Source of the DNA: Trypanosoma brucei
Lineage: Eukaryota
Length of the DNA: 64,000 bases
Direction: 5' to 3'
NCBI GenBank assembly: GCA_000002445.1
Contig: CP000067.1
Span: forward strand, 1,408,001-1,472,000
The translations under genes and the position numbers were made by a program. Positions 1-10,432 of the stretch are shown in pieces; within the stretch, counting starts at the first letter, position 1; every line of letters starts with the position of its first letter. The notes beneath the pieces were generated by a model, which was given only the letters and a program-made list of their open reading frames with translations, did not search any database and was not told the DNA's origin.

Positions 1-271
1 AGGAGGGGGAAAAGAAAAAGTCGCGATCCAAACCATCCATCAAACCCTTCTTTCCGTTCTTGGTGACGAGTTTTCGCCGTTTTGCTATGGACCCAACCCG
101 CATCTACAGAGGAGATCGGAATTGGTACGTGAGCAGAAAAGATTTGGTGTTTCTTCATTTCGCTTAATAGAACAAATACAGTGCAAGCAACCAGACGCTT
201 ACGCACCTGCAATCCGCTCCACTATCAATCACATATACACTCCCTTCCATTCGGCCCAAATGTACAGGTGC

Positions 272-1069
272 TTACGCACGGCAATAATAATGTACATTCT
301 TTCCTACCAACACGTGTTCATCATCCTCTGAAGCTCCATCAGGACTACTAAACCAGAGTCGTGAGTGGGTACTGTTGTCATCCGTTTCATAATACAAGCT
401 ATTCTCTACCATCGCGCCGTCATCACCACGATACAAATTTCCCTCAGCGAAGATAAGCAGCGACACAAGTAGACGCGCTCGTTTGTTGTAAAGGAAGTAA
501 TGCTGTGAGAAAAGCGCCCGTGACGCCATGGGATCACAACTGGGCGAGGCAAAGCGGAAGTACTCACATCCCTGACTTGCATCAGATGCGTGCTCCGTTA
601 CGCGGACCCAAAACTGTCCTACAGCCGGACCGCACGATGAGGGAAATGAGCGCAGTGTGTTGTTGACCTCCGCCCGCACATGGGCCTCATCACATGGCAC
701 AAAATCCTCCTCCGTCAGAACAGAGAAGTCATAACCGTCCTCACCATAAATGCTGTTTAGCGCGGCCACGAGAAACACCAACCGATCGTCGATGTCACTT
801 GGCTCGACGGGCTCCGTAGGCACTACATGCGCACTGTCATCTGATAAATTCAGCAGCGGCGGAACCGGGGCATTTGCACTGCACAGTGGTCTAAGCGGTG
901 GAGTTGTTTTGTTCGCGTATTCTGCGATACTGGCGGCGAGCAGCTTCTTCTTGCGGGTACAACGACATGTGAAAGCCTCCAGTCGCACCGTCATGAGACA
1001 TCCTTGTGCCTCCACACCCTGAAGCAAAGAATTCAAAAACTCAAAACTCTCGAGGGGAACGAACTCCAT
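272..1069 (-). CDS. MAF1: Maf1 homologue (repressor of RNA polymerase III transcription). The ORF-track start at 1081 is GTG; the first ATG gives MEFVPLESFEF...
   Basis: N-terminus MEFVPLESFEFLNSLL...RLEAFTCR resembles Maf1 box A. 'LNSIYGEDGYDFSVLTEEDF' matches box B (LNxxFxxDYDFS). 'LFSQHYFLYNKRARLLVSLLIF' matches box C (WSxxYFFYNKKxKRxxxF). Long ORF, minus strand like its neighbours. Confidence 0.6.
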   Translation of the reverse strand: MEFVPLESFEFLNSLLQGVEAQGCLMTVRLEAFTCRCTRKKKLLAASIAEYANKTTPPLRPLCSANAPVPPLLNLSDDSAHVVPTEPVEPSDIDDRLVFLVAALNSIYGEDGYDFSVLTEEDFVPCDEAHVRAEVNNTLRSFPSSCGPAVGQFWVRVTEHASDASQGCEYFRFASPSCDPMASRALFSQHYFLYNKRARLLVSLLIFAEGNLYRGDDGAMVENSLYYETDDNSTHSRLWFSSPDGASEDDEHVLVGKNVHYYCRA

Positions 1070-1807
1070 CAGAACGTCCACGAAATGTAAACCAACTCGA
1101 TAACGGTTTTCTGATTTTTTTTTAAAAACTATTGGATACGATTTGGAAATAAAGAAAACGCACTAGCACGCGGAAAAAACTTGCACTGATTTAAACAAGT
1201 GCACACAAGTGAATCGGAAACGCAAACACCTGGACGTGCAGCCAAAGAGATGTGCCGCCCCGCCACTGGCTGATTTCCACAAGCAATCCTTTTGGATGCA
1301 ATATTAAAATACGCTCAAAAGCCAGCTTTTGGCCCCTTTTCGTGTTGGTGTCTCAGAGCTCTACCAAAATATGTGGGTATATATACCTAAAAGCAGTGTA
1401 AATGCTTCTATTCCTGTGTCACGGTGAGCACAGTTATTTGATCTTGTATGACTAAGCGGACGGGATGCCGTCTAGGGGAAGGTTTCTACATATATACACG
1501 AGCCAGATGGAAGGGAAAGATGGAATGAAGAAGAAGTGGAATTGCACACAACGAGTTGGAATAAATCACCTCTGTTCGCATAAATTAGGTTACCCGATGA
1601 GAAGAAAAATAGATGTATGGAAATATGACAAGAAGGTACGTGATGCATGTAACAGGTACGAATGCTTTTCCGCCCCCCGTCCATAAACGCGCGAAGCACG
1701 ATGTCACGTCTTTGTTTCGTTTCGTCGGTTGTTGTCCCCCTTCTCTATCAGTATTCTATGAGTTGCATAACAGTACATTTATGTTACCCCTTTCGGAAGC
1801 AGCCGCC

Positions 1808-2932
1808 TCATTTCTTTTTTACTTTCTTTAGTTTCGCTGCTACAGGGCGTGGGGAGGTTTTTCCTTTCTTCGCTACAACCGGTGCCTTCCCCTTAGCGGT
1901 CTTTTTAACTTGTCCCTTTAGCGGCCGTTCACGCGCGGCGCGACCAGCGGCCCCTTTAGGCTCCTTCTTCGCAACCGGTTCAAATTTCAGGACCTCTACA
2001 ATCTTATCCTCCTTCTTTGATGCTGCAGCTTTGGGCTCTGTTTTGTTCGCTCCTTGCCGTCTTGCCACCGGCTTCTTGGCTACCGAACTAGCCCTACTTT
2101 TACTGACTACAGGTGAACTACGCGTTTTAGCGGAAACCGCCTTTCGCATTTCGTCCCGCACCATCTCCGCTGTCCATTCTTTCGTCTGCTCGCACAACTT
2201 CTCAAAGTAGCTACAGCCGTTACTCATCTTTTTCTTTAACTCTTTTCGTGTCTGCTCGTTACGCCGTGCCGCGATCTCGTAAGGCTTCCGCTGGAGGGTC
2301 GTCAGCACACGCCAGTTACGTTTGCAAGTTGACAAAAAGATAGCGTCCTCCTCCCAACCACTAGTACTGGTTCCATTCTGACGTGTGTAAAATTCTTTCG
2401 CAAACACATCGAGGGCCTTATTTGGTAGTTGTGGAGGTGGAATGGAAGCTAACAGAAGCCACGGCCGTTCAATACACTCGAAGAGGTCGCGAATACGACG
2501 GTTTTGACTACCTTCCGCGTTCTTACGCTGATCCAACACCGCCGGAACCCTTCGCTTTAACGCGGCGATCTTCGAGTCAATGTGACTCAAGAGAAATTTA
2601 TAGTTGTCATCCGATGCGTCACCGCTCGCTTTGCCCTCCTCCCTCTCTGAAGGCGGTAAAGCGCTACGACGTGATGAAGTGGATGATGCACCAGAACCGT
2701 TAGGGGAACTGATTCTGTCTATGATGGAGCGGGGTTCACCCCCTATGAAGCCATTACGACGCGGCAGGACATCGCCTCTCATAAAGCTAGTCGAGGCGCC
2801 GCCGCCTATGCTGCTAGTTGCGTTGCTGGTGCTTCCCGAACCTATGTGGGGCCGTGCTTTCGCCATCACAGCCCGCCGTATGCTCGTGGGCCCATCCTTC
2901 TCAAATAGAAACAACAACGTCTTCCGAAACAT
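1808..2932 (-). CDS. Hypothetical protein with a Lys/Ala/Pro-rich, histone-H1-like basic C-terminal tail. Likely nucleic-acid or chromatin binding.
   Basis: 374-codon ORF with a genuine ATG at 2932. The C-terminal ~120 aa (AKKPVARRQGANKTEPKAAASKKEDK...KKTAKGKAPVVAKKGKTSPRPVAAKLKKVKKK) resemble a trypanosomatid H1 tail. The central region is W/Y-containing and helical. Confidence 0.55.
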   Translation of the reverse strand: MFRKTLLFLFEKDGPTSIRRAVMAKARPHIGSGSTSNATSSIGGGASTSFMRGDVLPRRNGFIGGEPRSIIDRISSPNGSGASSTSSRRSALPPSEREEGKASGDASDDNYKFLLSHIDSKIAALKRRVPAVLDQRKNAEGSQNRRIRDLFECIERPWLLLASIPPPQLPNKALDVFAKEFYTRQNGTSTSGWEEDAIFLSTCKRNWRVLTTLQRKPYEIAARRNEQTRKELKKKMSNGCSYFEKLCEQTKEWTAEMVRDEMRKAVSAKTRSSPVVSKSRASSVAKKPVARRQGANKTEPKAAASKKEDKIVEVLKFEPVAKKEPKGAAGRAARERPLKGQVKKTAKGKAPVVAKKGKTSPRPVAAKLKKVKKK

Positions 2933-3728
2933 GGGGGATATGGCGACTCACACCCCCTCCGTTCCTGATCCTCTTAGGCCCTTTGAAGGGGAGGGGAATT
3001 CGTTCTCACGTTTGAACTTCTGATGCGATGATGGTGGCGCCGCGACCACCGGCAGTATTACCGATATTTATTCTTTTTTTTTTTACGCACCGAGATATGA
3101 CGACTCGACGCAAGTGCAGCAGGGAGCTGCAAAGTGAAGAACGCGCCCGTCGGCCTACCTGAGAATGAGCTTGACGGGCTGTTTGATTACCAGCCGTAGG
3201 GTGTGGAGAAAGACAATGGAAGAAAATAATAAGTGTGAAGAGAGTTACATCTAGGAAGGGTTAAAGAAAATGGACATCATACATTTGTTTTTATTACGAA
3301 CAGTATTATACCCACTCCACTCCAGTCTTTGTTCTTTCCCTCACTTCGCTGGATTCACAATCACAACTGTGAAACGACAGCGGCGTCATCAGGGAATGAG
3401 AAGGCCATAAAATGTAAGCGTAAAAAGACGCACAAAAACACAAACACGAGCAAACAATGCCCTCTTCACACCCAGAGTAAAGGGCTTTGCTTTTGTCGTG
3501 CGGTAGTCTGCGCCAAAGCCAAGTCTTTTTGTTGACTCTTACCTTTCTTCTCCCCATCATTCTTCCATTGTCAGGCATATGAAGCATCACTCCCATGTTT
3601 GTCCTTATCCCCTCTCCAACCCTCAAAAAATCGGATGGCACACCAATTAAACAGTAGAGTTGTGGTAGGGAAGGGAAACCGTGCATATACTGTGCACGTG
3701 GGGGGATGATGTCGGAATGTTTTCGTGG

Positions 3729-3746
3729 CACACACACACACACACA
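3729..3746. repeat. (CA)9 dinucleotide microsatellite in an intergenic region
   Basis: The run cacacacacacacacaca is read directly from the sequence. Confidence 0.9.
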
Positions 3747-3912
3747 GGTGCGCGCAACTTATTCGCATTCATACTTCCGCATTCCTTGTTCCTTACCCGT
3801 AACTGTAAGCATGTTAGCAGCCAACCCTTGCTCCCGTTTCCTGTTTACTCTTGTACCGCTGGCGCTTCTTTTTCTCTTCCTTTCCCCGCTGCATGTCCGC
3901 AAGTCCTTTGAT

Positions 3913-4737
3913 TTAGGCAAGTGCATCATACCCATGTCTGTCAGATGTGCCAAGTGCCCTGGCTGCTTCAGCAGTTCCCGGCGCAAACACACGATCAACA
4001 TCAATTTCTCCACGAACCAACTGTGTTTCCAGTTGTAGCGCCTCTATGCGCTTTTCAATGCGCATCACACGGTGCGCTAAGTAAAACCCAACAGCAAGTA
4101 AACAAATGGTCACCACCCACGAACCAGCACCAAGAAACGCCGCAACAGCCGTCAGACACATGAAATCGAGACGAAACCACATGAGCTCCAGCCACTGCTT
4201 GCGACTGACTTCACTGTAGGAGGAGCAATGCCACACCCGCCCGGTGTATACGGAGACGGAGGCAACACCTGAGAAGGCTCCAATGTACTGTACGAAATAA
4301 GGGAAGTTGAAGCGGCACCAGCCAAATGCATTTGGAAAAAGCGCCTGGCAAACAGTAGCGAAAGGGCCAACCAAACCACATATAATCACCACAACGTGCA
4401 CCACATTTTCTGAACGACGAGGTGAGGCCGCTATCGACAGGCAGCCGACGTCTACTGTAGTCGGCGGCGCAGGGTCGATTTCTGGAGTCACTGACGAACC
4501 TTTTCCTTCATCCATGCGAAAGCGCCGCCGTTGGTATTCTAACATTTCCACTGCTGTCTGTTGCAGTGAGCTCACAACGAGCACGGGATCCAAATCGGGT
4601 GACTCTTCTGGGGAGCACTCATCCAACTCGAGATGGTCTTGCTTGAGTACGTTGAGGAGCCGCGCAAAGAAAAAATCCACCGCATAGAACACTATGAGCA
4701 CAACAGTTGACAGTAGAAAGGCGAACGAAAGTTCCAT
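3913..4737 (-). CDS. Hypothetical multi-pass membrane protein
   Basis: 274-aa ORF with a genuine ATG. Several hydrophobic segments (FLLSTVVLIVFYAV; VVIICGLVGPFATV; FMCLTAVAAFLGAGSWVVTICLLAVGFYLA). No recognisable catalytic motif. Confidence 0.5.
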   Translation of the reverse strand: MELSFAFLLSTVVLIVFYAVDFFFARLLNVLKQDHLELDECSPEESPDLDPVLVVSSLQQTAVEMLEYQRRRFRMDEGKGSSVTPEIDPAPPTTVDVGCLSIAASPRRSENVVHVVVIICGLVGPFATVCQALFPNAFGWCRFNFPYFVQYIGAFSGVASVSVYTGRVWHCSSYSEVSRKQWLELMWFRLDFMCLTAVAAFLGAGSWVVTICLLAVGFYLAHRVMRIEKRIEALQLETQLVRGEIDVDRVFAPGTAEAARALGTSDRHGYDALA

Positions 4738-5204
4738 ATGTCGTATCTTTTGTTATGCAGTCTGTGGCGAAAGCCCTCCGTCCGTTTATGTGTGTGCACA
4801 GGATTGCACTAACTGCCTCTCCACCTTTCGTGTGGTGTGACAGCTTTGTGCTTGTATCTGTGCACCCTACAGCCAAGACTGAGAGTACTGGTGCTGCTTT
4901 CCTTTGTATTTTTTTCTTTGAAAATCCTCAATTCGCTTTCCTGCACTTACACTTCGTAGCAACGTCCGACCGCCTAGTCTTCCGTTGTGACAACACAAAC
5001 CCCCACCTACTACCAAGGGCAAAAGTAACAGGTTAGAAGGAAAGGGAAAACATTACCAAAAAGCGTACGAAAGGGGGGGTGCCTTAAACAATGGGCAGTC
5101 CCCCATCATAACTATAACCAGGTCATGCTTGGTTGCACTCAAAGTCCGTTTCGTTACCGTCCTCCTGGCACTCAAAGCTTCATACGTTGCTCCCCCCTTT
5201 CTAT

Positions 5205-5846
5205 TCACAACAGTTCAACTTCGGCACCGTGGCCTTCCAGCAACACCTTCAGTTTTTCGGCATCTCCCCGGGGTAAAGCCGTGGCTACCATCCCTGGACA
5301 CCGCTCGACAGCCGCCTTTGCCTCCTGTAAAGCCAAACCTGTTACCGCCCGCAGCTCCTTAATAAGTTTTACCTTGCTTCCTGCGGGGTATCCCTTTAGG
5401 CTAACATCCACAGTGGCTTTCTCTACGACTTTCTTTACAACCGTGGCATCGGCAGTGGAACCATTACCGGCAGAACCATCAGCAGCGTCAGGAACTGTTG
5501 GAGTAGCCCCAACGACCCGTCCGCCTCCGCACGTGCCGGGTGCCAATCCCTGAAGCATCATTTCTTCACACGACACGGGAGCGGTGCCGGGTGGCCACGG
5601 CATGCTGTTGGATACTAGGTCATGAAATTTGCGCATTGTTTGCAAGTCCATGTTGACGTAAGCATCAGCTATAGCTTCAACAGTTTCAGCACTCTCCCGA
5701 AGCGGCATCAACGCCGTACCCCGAGGGGTAACACCACTGGGAACACCAATGCTAAATGAGCGACACACGCACGGGATTCCGTTGGTGACGCGCAAATTAC
5801 CCGAAACTCCCCTCATTGGAAACAAGATGGAGTGAAATCGCCGCAT
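5205..5846 (-). CDS. Mitochondrial ribosomal protein bL12 (L7/L12 family)
   Basis: The C-terminal domain VDVSLKGYPAGSKVKLIKELRAVTGLALQEAKAAVERCPGMVATALPRGDAEKLKVLLEGHGAEVELL matches the conserved bL12 C-terminal domain (…FDVxLxxxGxxKIxVIKxVRxxTGLGLKEAKxLVE…AEVEL). The N-terminal extension fits a mitochondrial presequence. Confidence 0.7.
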   Translation of the reverse strand: MRRFHSILFPMRGVSGNLRVTNGIPCVCRSFSIGVPSGVTPRGTALMPLRESAETVEAIADAYVNMDLQTMRKFHDLVSNSMPWPPGTAPVSCEEMMLQGLAPGTCGGGRVVGATPTVPDAADGSAGNGSTADATVVKKVVEKATVDVSLKGYPAGSKVKLIKELRAVTGLALQEAKAAVERCPGMVATALPRGDAEKLKVLLEGHGAEVELL

Positions 5847-6370
5847 CCGACAGTCAGCTAAGCCTTCATACAGTGGTGCAGGTCACATGAGTGGGAGTAG
5901 AATTTGAAAACGACACAGCATCCCTTCCAGAAAAGGTAGGACACAAAAAATACTTGGAGGAAGTGAAATAACATAAAATAATTTTTTAAATTCTAGGCAT
6001 CAGCGAACTTTACACCCCCACGTGCGTACTGAACTTGTGGACAGTGAAAATGGAGGGTAGCAAACGGCTAAGCACCAATAGCCGTGAGCATACCACTAGC
6101 CACTCAAAAACAAACAATGTGTAAGGACGACGCCCCTTCAAAGTACCCCAAAGATGTGCAGTTGCCAAGGTGAAGGCCGGAAATGCATGGCACGGAAGGA
6201 GAACGGAGGCGCTCGTCCTGTTAATCACTATATATTTTCTAACCTTCCCATCCGGATGCTGTTAGAACGTTTACCTTCGTTTTTGGTTCTTCCTCACCCA
6301 CCACTGTTGGCCTCTCCAACTCGTCCTTTGCCGTTTCTCGCGGGTGAAATTCACGTGATGCCCACGCCGC

Positions 6371-8314
6371 TCAGGAGAGATTGCTCAACTTCTCCTCAAC
6401 GGAACTTGTCAGTGGCATCCCGTGGGCCATTACCGGTGCTGTCGCTGCAGAGTGCTGCGCTCCTGCGGGAAGCGCTCGATCTGCACGTGCTGACCGCCGC
6501 GTATTGCGCTGCAGGTACGGGTCCTGACTGAGTTGCATCACGTCGTAGCGGTCCGCAGGGTGGTATTCGAGGCACTTTTGTATTAAATCTTTTGCCTCCT
6601 GCGAGACACGCGGGGTGTCGGGAAACGTTAAGGTGTGTGCAGAAGAAACAATGAGTTTGTTTTGCCATATTTGTTGCTGTGACTCGCCCTCGGCGAATGG
6701 ACGGCGACCAAATAGCATCTGATAGAATATAACACCGCACGACCACACGTCAACTTTGTTACTGATCCGAGGAGTTGCTGTGGTATCGAAGCATTCGGGC
6801 GGAAGATACCAATATGTTCCCGCCCCCTGTGACGTCAGTTCTATGGTTGGATTGTCGTTTGTCCCGTCTCGCTTCGGGATGAGCTTACTGAGACCAAAGT
6901 CCGTTATTTTGATTAGCAAACTGCTTTGGTTACTAGAATGGAAAAGGATATTCGCTGGCTTAAGATCGTAGTGGATGACCGGCTGATCCTGTGCTGCGAA
7001 ATAGCGCAACGCACTGACTACTTGCATAATGATTAACCGCGCCTCCACCTCACGGAGGGTGCCACAACGCTTCAGATGCGTGTCAAGATCGGTCCCCGCG
7101 CTAAATTCCATGACCGATACGAACGTTGCCGTGCCGTGGTCGAAGGCATCGAAGAGCCGTGTAAGGTGCGGGTGTTCCAGCATTCGCATAATTTTTAGCT
7201 CACGAACCGCACGGTCCCGGTAGTGTTGTCGCACCTGTTGTGACCATTCCCTCTGTACGCGATGGACTTTGCACGCAACGTACCGCGCCTCCTGCAAGTC
7301 AAAGGCTTTCCACACCTCAGAGAAGCCTCCTTTGCCGAGCAGATGCATCATTACATATCGACCATTGTGACCGAGAGCTGGCACAGCCACGAAGGCAGAG
7401 GCATCTTCGTCATTTACGCGACGGATCTCCTTAAGAAACACTTTTTTCTCGTGATTTAAGTCTTGTTGCTGCTGTTTTAGCGACTGGATGGCGCTACCCA
7501 AGGCTGCAAACTCTGCGGTGTACAGCAGAGCTGCCTCCTGCGCCTCCATCAGTGCCGCTTGAACTTCCGGTGCCATCGAGTCCTCGTCGTTGCTCCTCAG
7601 TATCTGCCGCGCCCGCCTTTCAGCCGTTTTTTTGAGCTCCTCCACTTCATCACGGCGTACACTAAGCTCCTCAAGCTGCATGGTGAGCTGCCTCATCTTG
7701 TTGCCCTCGACCCACACTTCGCGCCCGTTACTATGCCACACTGCTATCTGTCCAAGCTCAAAATGCTTCAAATGTAAGGCACGTCTGGCATCGCATCTCC
7801 CTTGACGGGCCGCTCGCAACATTTCCTGACGAAGAACAACCTGGTAGCGGTTATTACGGTCCATTACCTCCTGTAGTTGTGCCTGCGTGTTGATAAGAGT
7901 TGTCTCCCTTTCGGACATCCGCGTCTCCACGGCTGCCAGTTTCTCGCGAAGCTCATCGATCTGCGCGTCTCTGTCAGCGAGCTCTTTGCGGAATACCGCA
8001 GTGTCGTTCACCAATCCATATGAAGGTAGCGTCGCCTGCTTTAATTTACGTTCAGACGGGTGAGTGCCTCCGGGACTGTTTCCGCTGTTGCCACCGCTGA
8101 TGCTAACAGCAGTTGGACCACTCACATATTCGTACATGCACGCGCTGTCACCTGGGATCTCAGGAGATAACCTCGATGCTGAGTTGGATCTCGCACCTTT
8201 CGACTCCCAGTACGACTCACTCAGTCGCTGCTCTTCGACTGACTCCGCGGCTTCGGCACCCGGAGGCGCCTCGCGTGACCGCTTGCGTTGGGGGTTAACC
8301 TCAATGTTTTTCAT
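6371..8314 (-). CDS. TLK: Tousled-like serine/threonine protein kinase (TLK). The ORF-track start at 8338 is GTG; the first ATG is at 8314.
   Basis: N-terminal coiled-coil region followed by a C-terminal kinase domain with TLK-diagnostic strings: GKGGFSEVWKAFDL, HYDLKPANILF, KITDFGLSK, VDVWSCGVIFYQMLFGRRPF. These match human TLK1 (GGFSEVYKAFDL…IIHYDLKPGNILL…KITDFGLSK) almost motif for motif. Confidence 0.85.
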   Translation of the reverse strand: MKNIEVNPQRKRSREAPPGAEAAESVEEQRLSESYWESKGARSNSASRLSPEIPGDSACMYEYVSGPTAVSISGGNSGNSPGGTHPSERKLKQATLPSYGLVNDTAVFRKELADRDAQIDELREKLAAVETRMSERETTLINTQAQLQEVMDRNNRYQVVLRQEMLRAARQGRCDARRALHLKHFELGQIAVWHSNGREVWVEGNKMRQLTMQLEELSVRRDEVEELKKTAERRARQILRSNDEDSMAPEVQAALMEAQEAALLYTAEFAALGSAIQSLKQQQQDLNHEKKVFLKEIRRVNDEDASAFVAVPALGHNGRYVMMHLLGKGGFSEVWKAFDLQEARYVACKVHRVQREWSQQVRQHYRDRAVRELKIMRMLEHPHLTRLFDAFDHGTATFVSVMEFSAGTDLDTHLKRCGTLREVEARLIIMQVVSALRYFAAQDQPVIHYDLKPANILFHSSNQSSLLIKITDFGLSKLIPKRDGTNDNPTIELTSQGAGTYWYLPPECFDTTATPRISNKVDVWSCGVIFYQMLFGRRPFAEGESQQQIWQNKLIVSSAHTLTFPDTPRVSQEAKDLIQKCLEYHPADRYDVMQLSQDPYLQRNTRRSARADRALPAGAQHSAATAPVMAHGMPLTSSVEEKLSNLS

Positions 8315-8710
8315 GTTTGTTGATCGGTCGTCACACACCTGTGTGTTATGACGTAAAGGAAAAGCTACGAAGAATCAGAAGAGTAGTGCAGAACCACGAA
8401 TACAGCACAAAAATAAATGCAGATGGGGTTGTAACAGAGGTAAAGCAGTTTACCCTGGTTACATCAGCTACAGATTTAGTTGTCGATGATATATGTATTT
8501 TTGCACAAGTGTAAACTATGGGAAAAGGTATGTTCGGTGGAAAAAAAAATAAGTCGTATTATAGTAAAACGATAAAAAACCTTCTGTGCAATTGACTAAC
8601 AGACCTATATACTCCGTCAGAGCGTTTGCCTATCCTGTGGATAGAAAGGTCCTTCTCCTATCTGGAGACGGGGGATAAGGGAAATCATAAATCATGTCGT
8701 GGTCGTTTAA

Positions 8711-9160
8711 TTACTTTAGCACACGCTCCACCACCCAGCTCCCCTCATCGTAAAATAATACAAGGATGAACGGGTCCACCAGTGGTAAAACGTTACTCTG
8801 CACACACACCATACAGTTCTGCAGAACCAACAGTTTCTCTACCGGGGAATAAAAGGAGTAATTCCCCTTGCAGGAACACAATACCCAGTCTGTCATCTCC
8901 CGCACTGCTATCTCTTCCATACATGGGATAGGTTCCGTGAACTCTAGAGTAACCTTGAAGACACATTCATTGTTGAAGTTCACCCGATCCATCGTCCGGC
9001 CCCGCACCAATTGAGGGTCGTCGATAAACGCTAAAGAGTCGACTGGAACAAGGCGCCGTTCCCCATCTTTGGTATGGATAAGCATGTTTAGGTGCCCGCG
9101 CTTTATGAAGGCAAGATCCGGTGAAGTCTCCACTCCGCGTCCGCTATGTCTTTTTGTCAT
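8711..9160 (-). CDS. Hypothetical small protein of 149 aa. The track start at 9391 is TTG; the first ATG is at 9160.
   Basis: ORF begins at the first ATG: MTKRHSGRGVETSPDLAFIKRGHL.... Mixed alpha/beta composition with no family signature that I recognise. Confidence 0.4.
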   Translation of the reverse strand: MTKRHSGRGVETSPDLAFIKRGHLNMLIHTKDGERRLVPVDSLAFIDDPQLVRGRTMDRVNFNNECVFKVTLEFTEPIPCMEEIAVREMTDWVLCSCKGNYSFYSPVEKLLVLQNCMVCVQSNVLPLVDPFILVLFYDEGSWVVERVLK

Positions 9161-10432
9161 AGCTCGTTGCTTATTATATATTTTGCCTCTACCTTTCTTT
9201 CTTATGCGTATCTGATGCGCCACCCAACAGCTGCTGACTCCCTCCTCCGGTGCTAAGAGAAAATAAAATTTGTCTGAAGCAAAAGATATACTTTCTCTCT
9301 CCGGGACACCTCCCCCAGACTCAGCAGGAAAAAAAAGTGACCCGGTACAAGTAGCAAACAAACTTAACAAAGTGTCGAGGCCCGAAATCAAGTGAAAAAC
9401 GAAGTATCAGGGAACGGAAGTAATGCATGAACAATCATATTAGCAACAGTGAAAGTACCACCTGGATAGCACACGGATAGCAAGCAATGAGGTTCAGTTC
9501 CAACTGATGTTGTCATACTTGAAGGGCAGCATGATATTCATCTTTGGCAGACCCATGCATATGCTCTTGCCTCCATTGACCCGGGCACGTTCGCGAAAGA
9601 CAAATTTTTATACCGGATGAGGGCAAGAGGTTTGGCCCTTTCCCCAGCAGAAGGAACGCAAACCCAAATATCCGCTGGTGTTGCACTTCCTACAACCCAG
9701 CATCAATGGACACAGAAACGGCCCTGATGTTTGTTGTTGGAGCGCACCGCTCTACATCCCGTTGTCCAATGGACGTAAAAGGGGCTATGACTCTGAAACC
9801 GAAAATTACACGTAGAGGAACTCGTTCTTGTGAAGGTGCATCCTCTGAACTAAACATCTGGTGATCACTACAAAGTGGTGACAATAACCACACACACGCA
9901 CACCACAATTGCCTCAAGGAAATCTACACGTGTTCCCTTCGTCTTCGCTATTAGTAGTAATCAATACACCCCGAAGTTGCAGGAGTTTCATGTAGAGTGT
10001 GATAATTGCTTTTGACGAACTCCCACGGCACGCGTTCACTGTTGCTTCTACAGCCAACGCTTCGCACGAGACCTCATGGCGTTCCTGATCAAAACCGAAC
10101 ATTTATGGTGACAGCAGCACACCGCCTCCACGTTGCAGAAGGAAGTCACCAGAAACCGTGCATCCAAGAACTTGAAGTTTCACAAGGTGGGAGGCATATC
10201 TGTGTTTAGTTCTTCAAAAAATACGTAAGAGAAAGGGACAAACAAGAAGAGCCAATTGTGGGAAATAGTGCTACAACAGTTTAGACCATTTGGAAACTGA
10301 GGCACCAACAGAACCACCCTAGAACAGATGAGAAGGGGGCAATATGGATATTAATGCGCACCACCACACACAAAAAAGGGGAGGATGCCTTCACACGCAT
10401 GCCACCGTATTCGCCTTCTCTATCACCACCTC

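Noticed and set aside
750-1022. 90-aa (+) strand ORF inside the Maf1 gene, and similar short antisense ORFs within the TLK, the bL12, the PP4R3 gene, the 839-aa coiled-coil gene and the 1460-aa gene
   Set aside because: They are embedded antisense to long motif-bearing genes and are of a length expected by chance in GC-balanced sequence.
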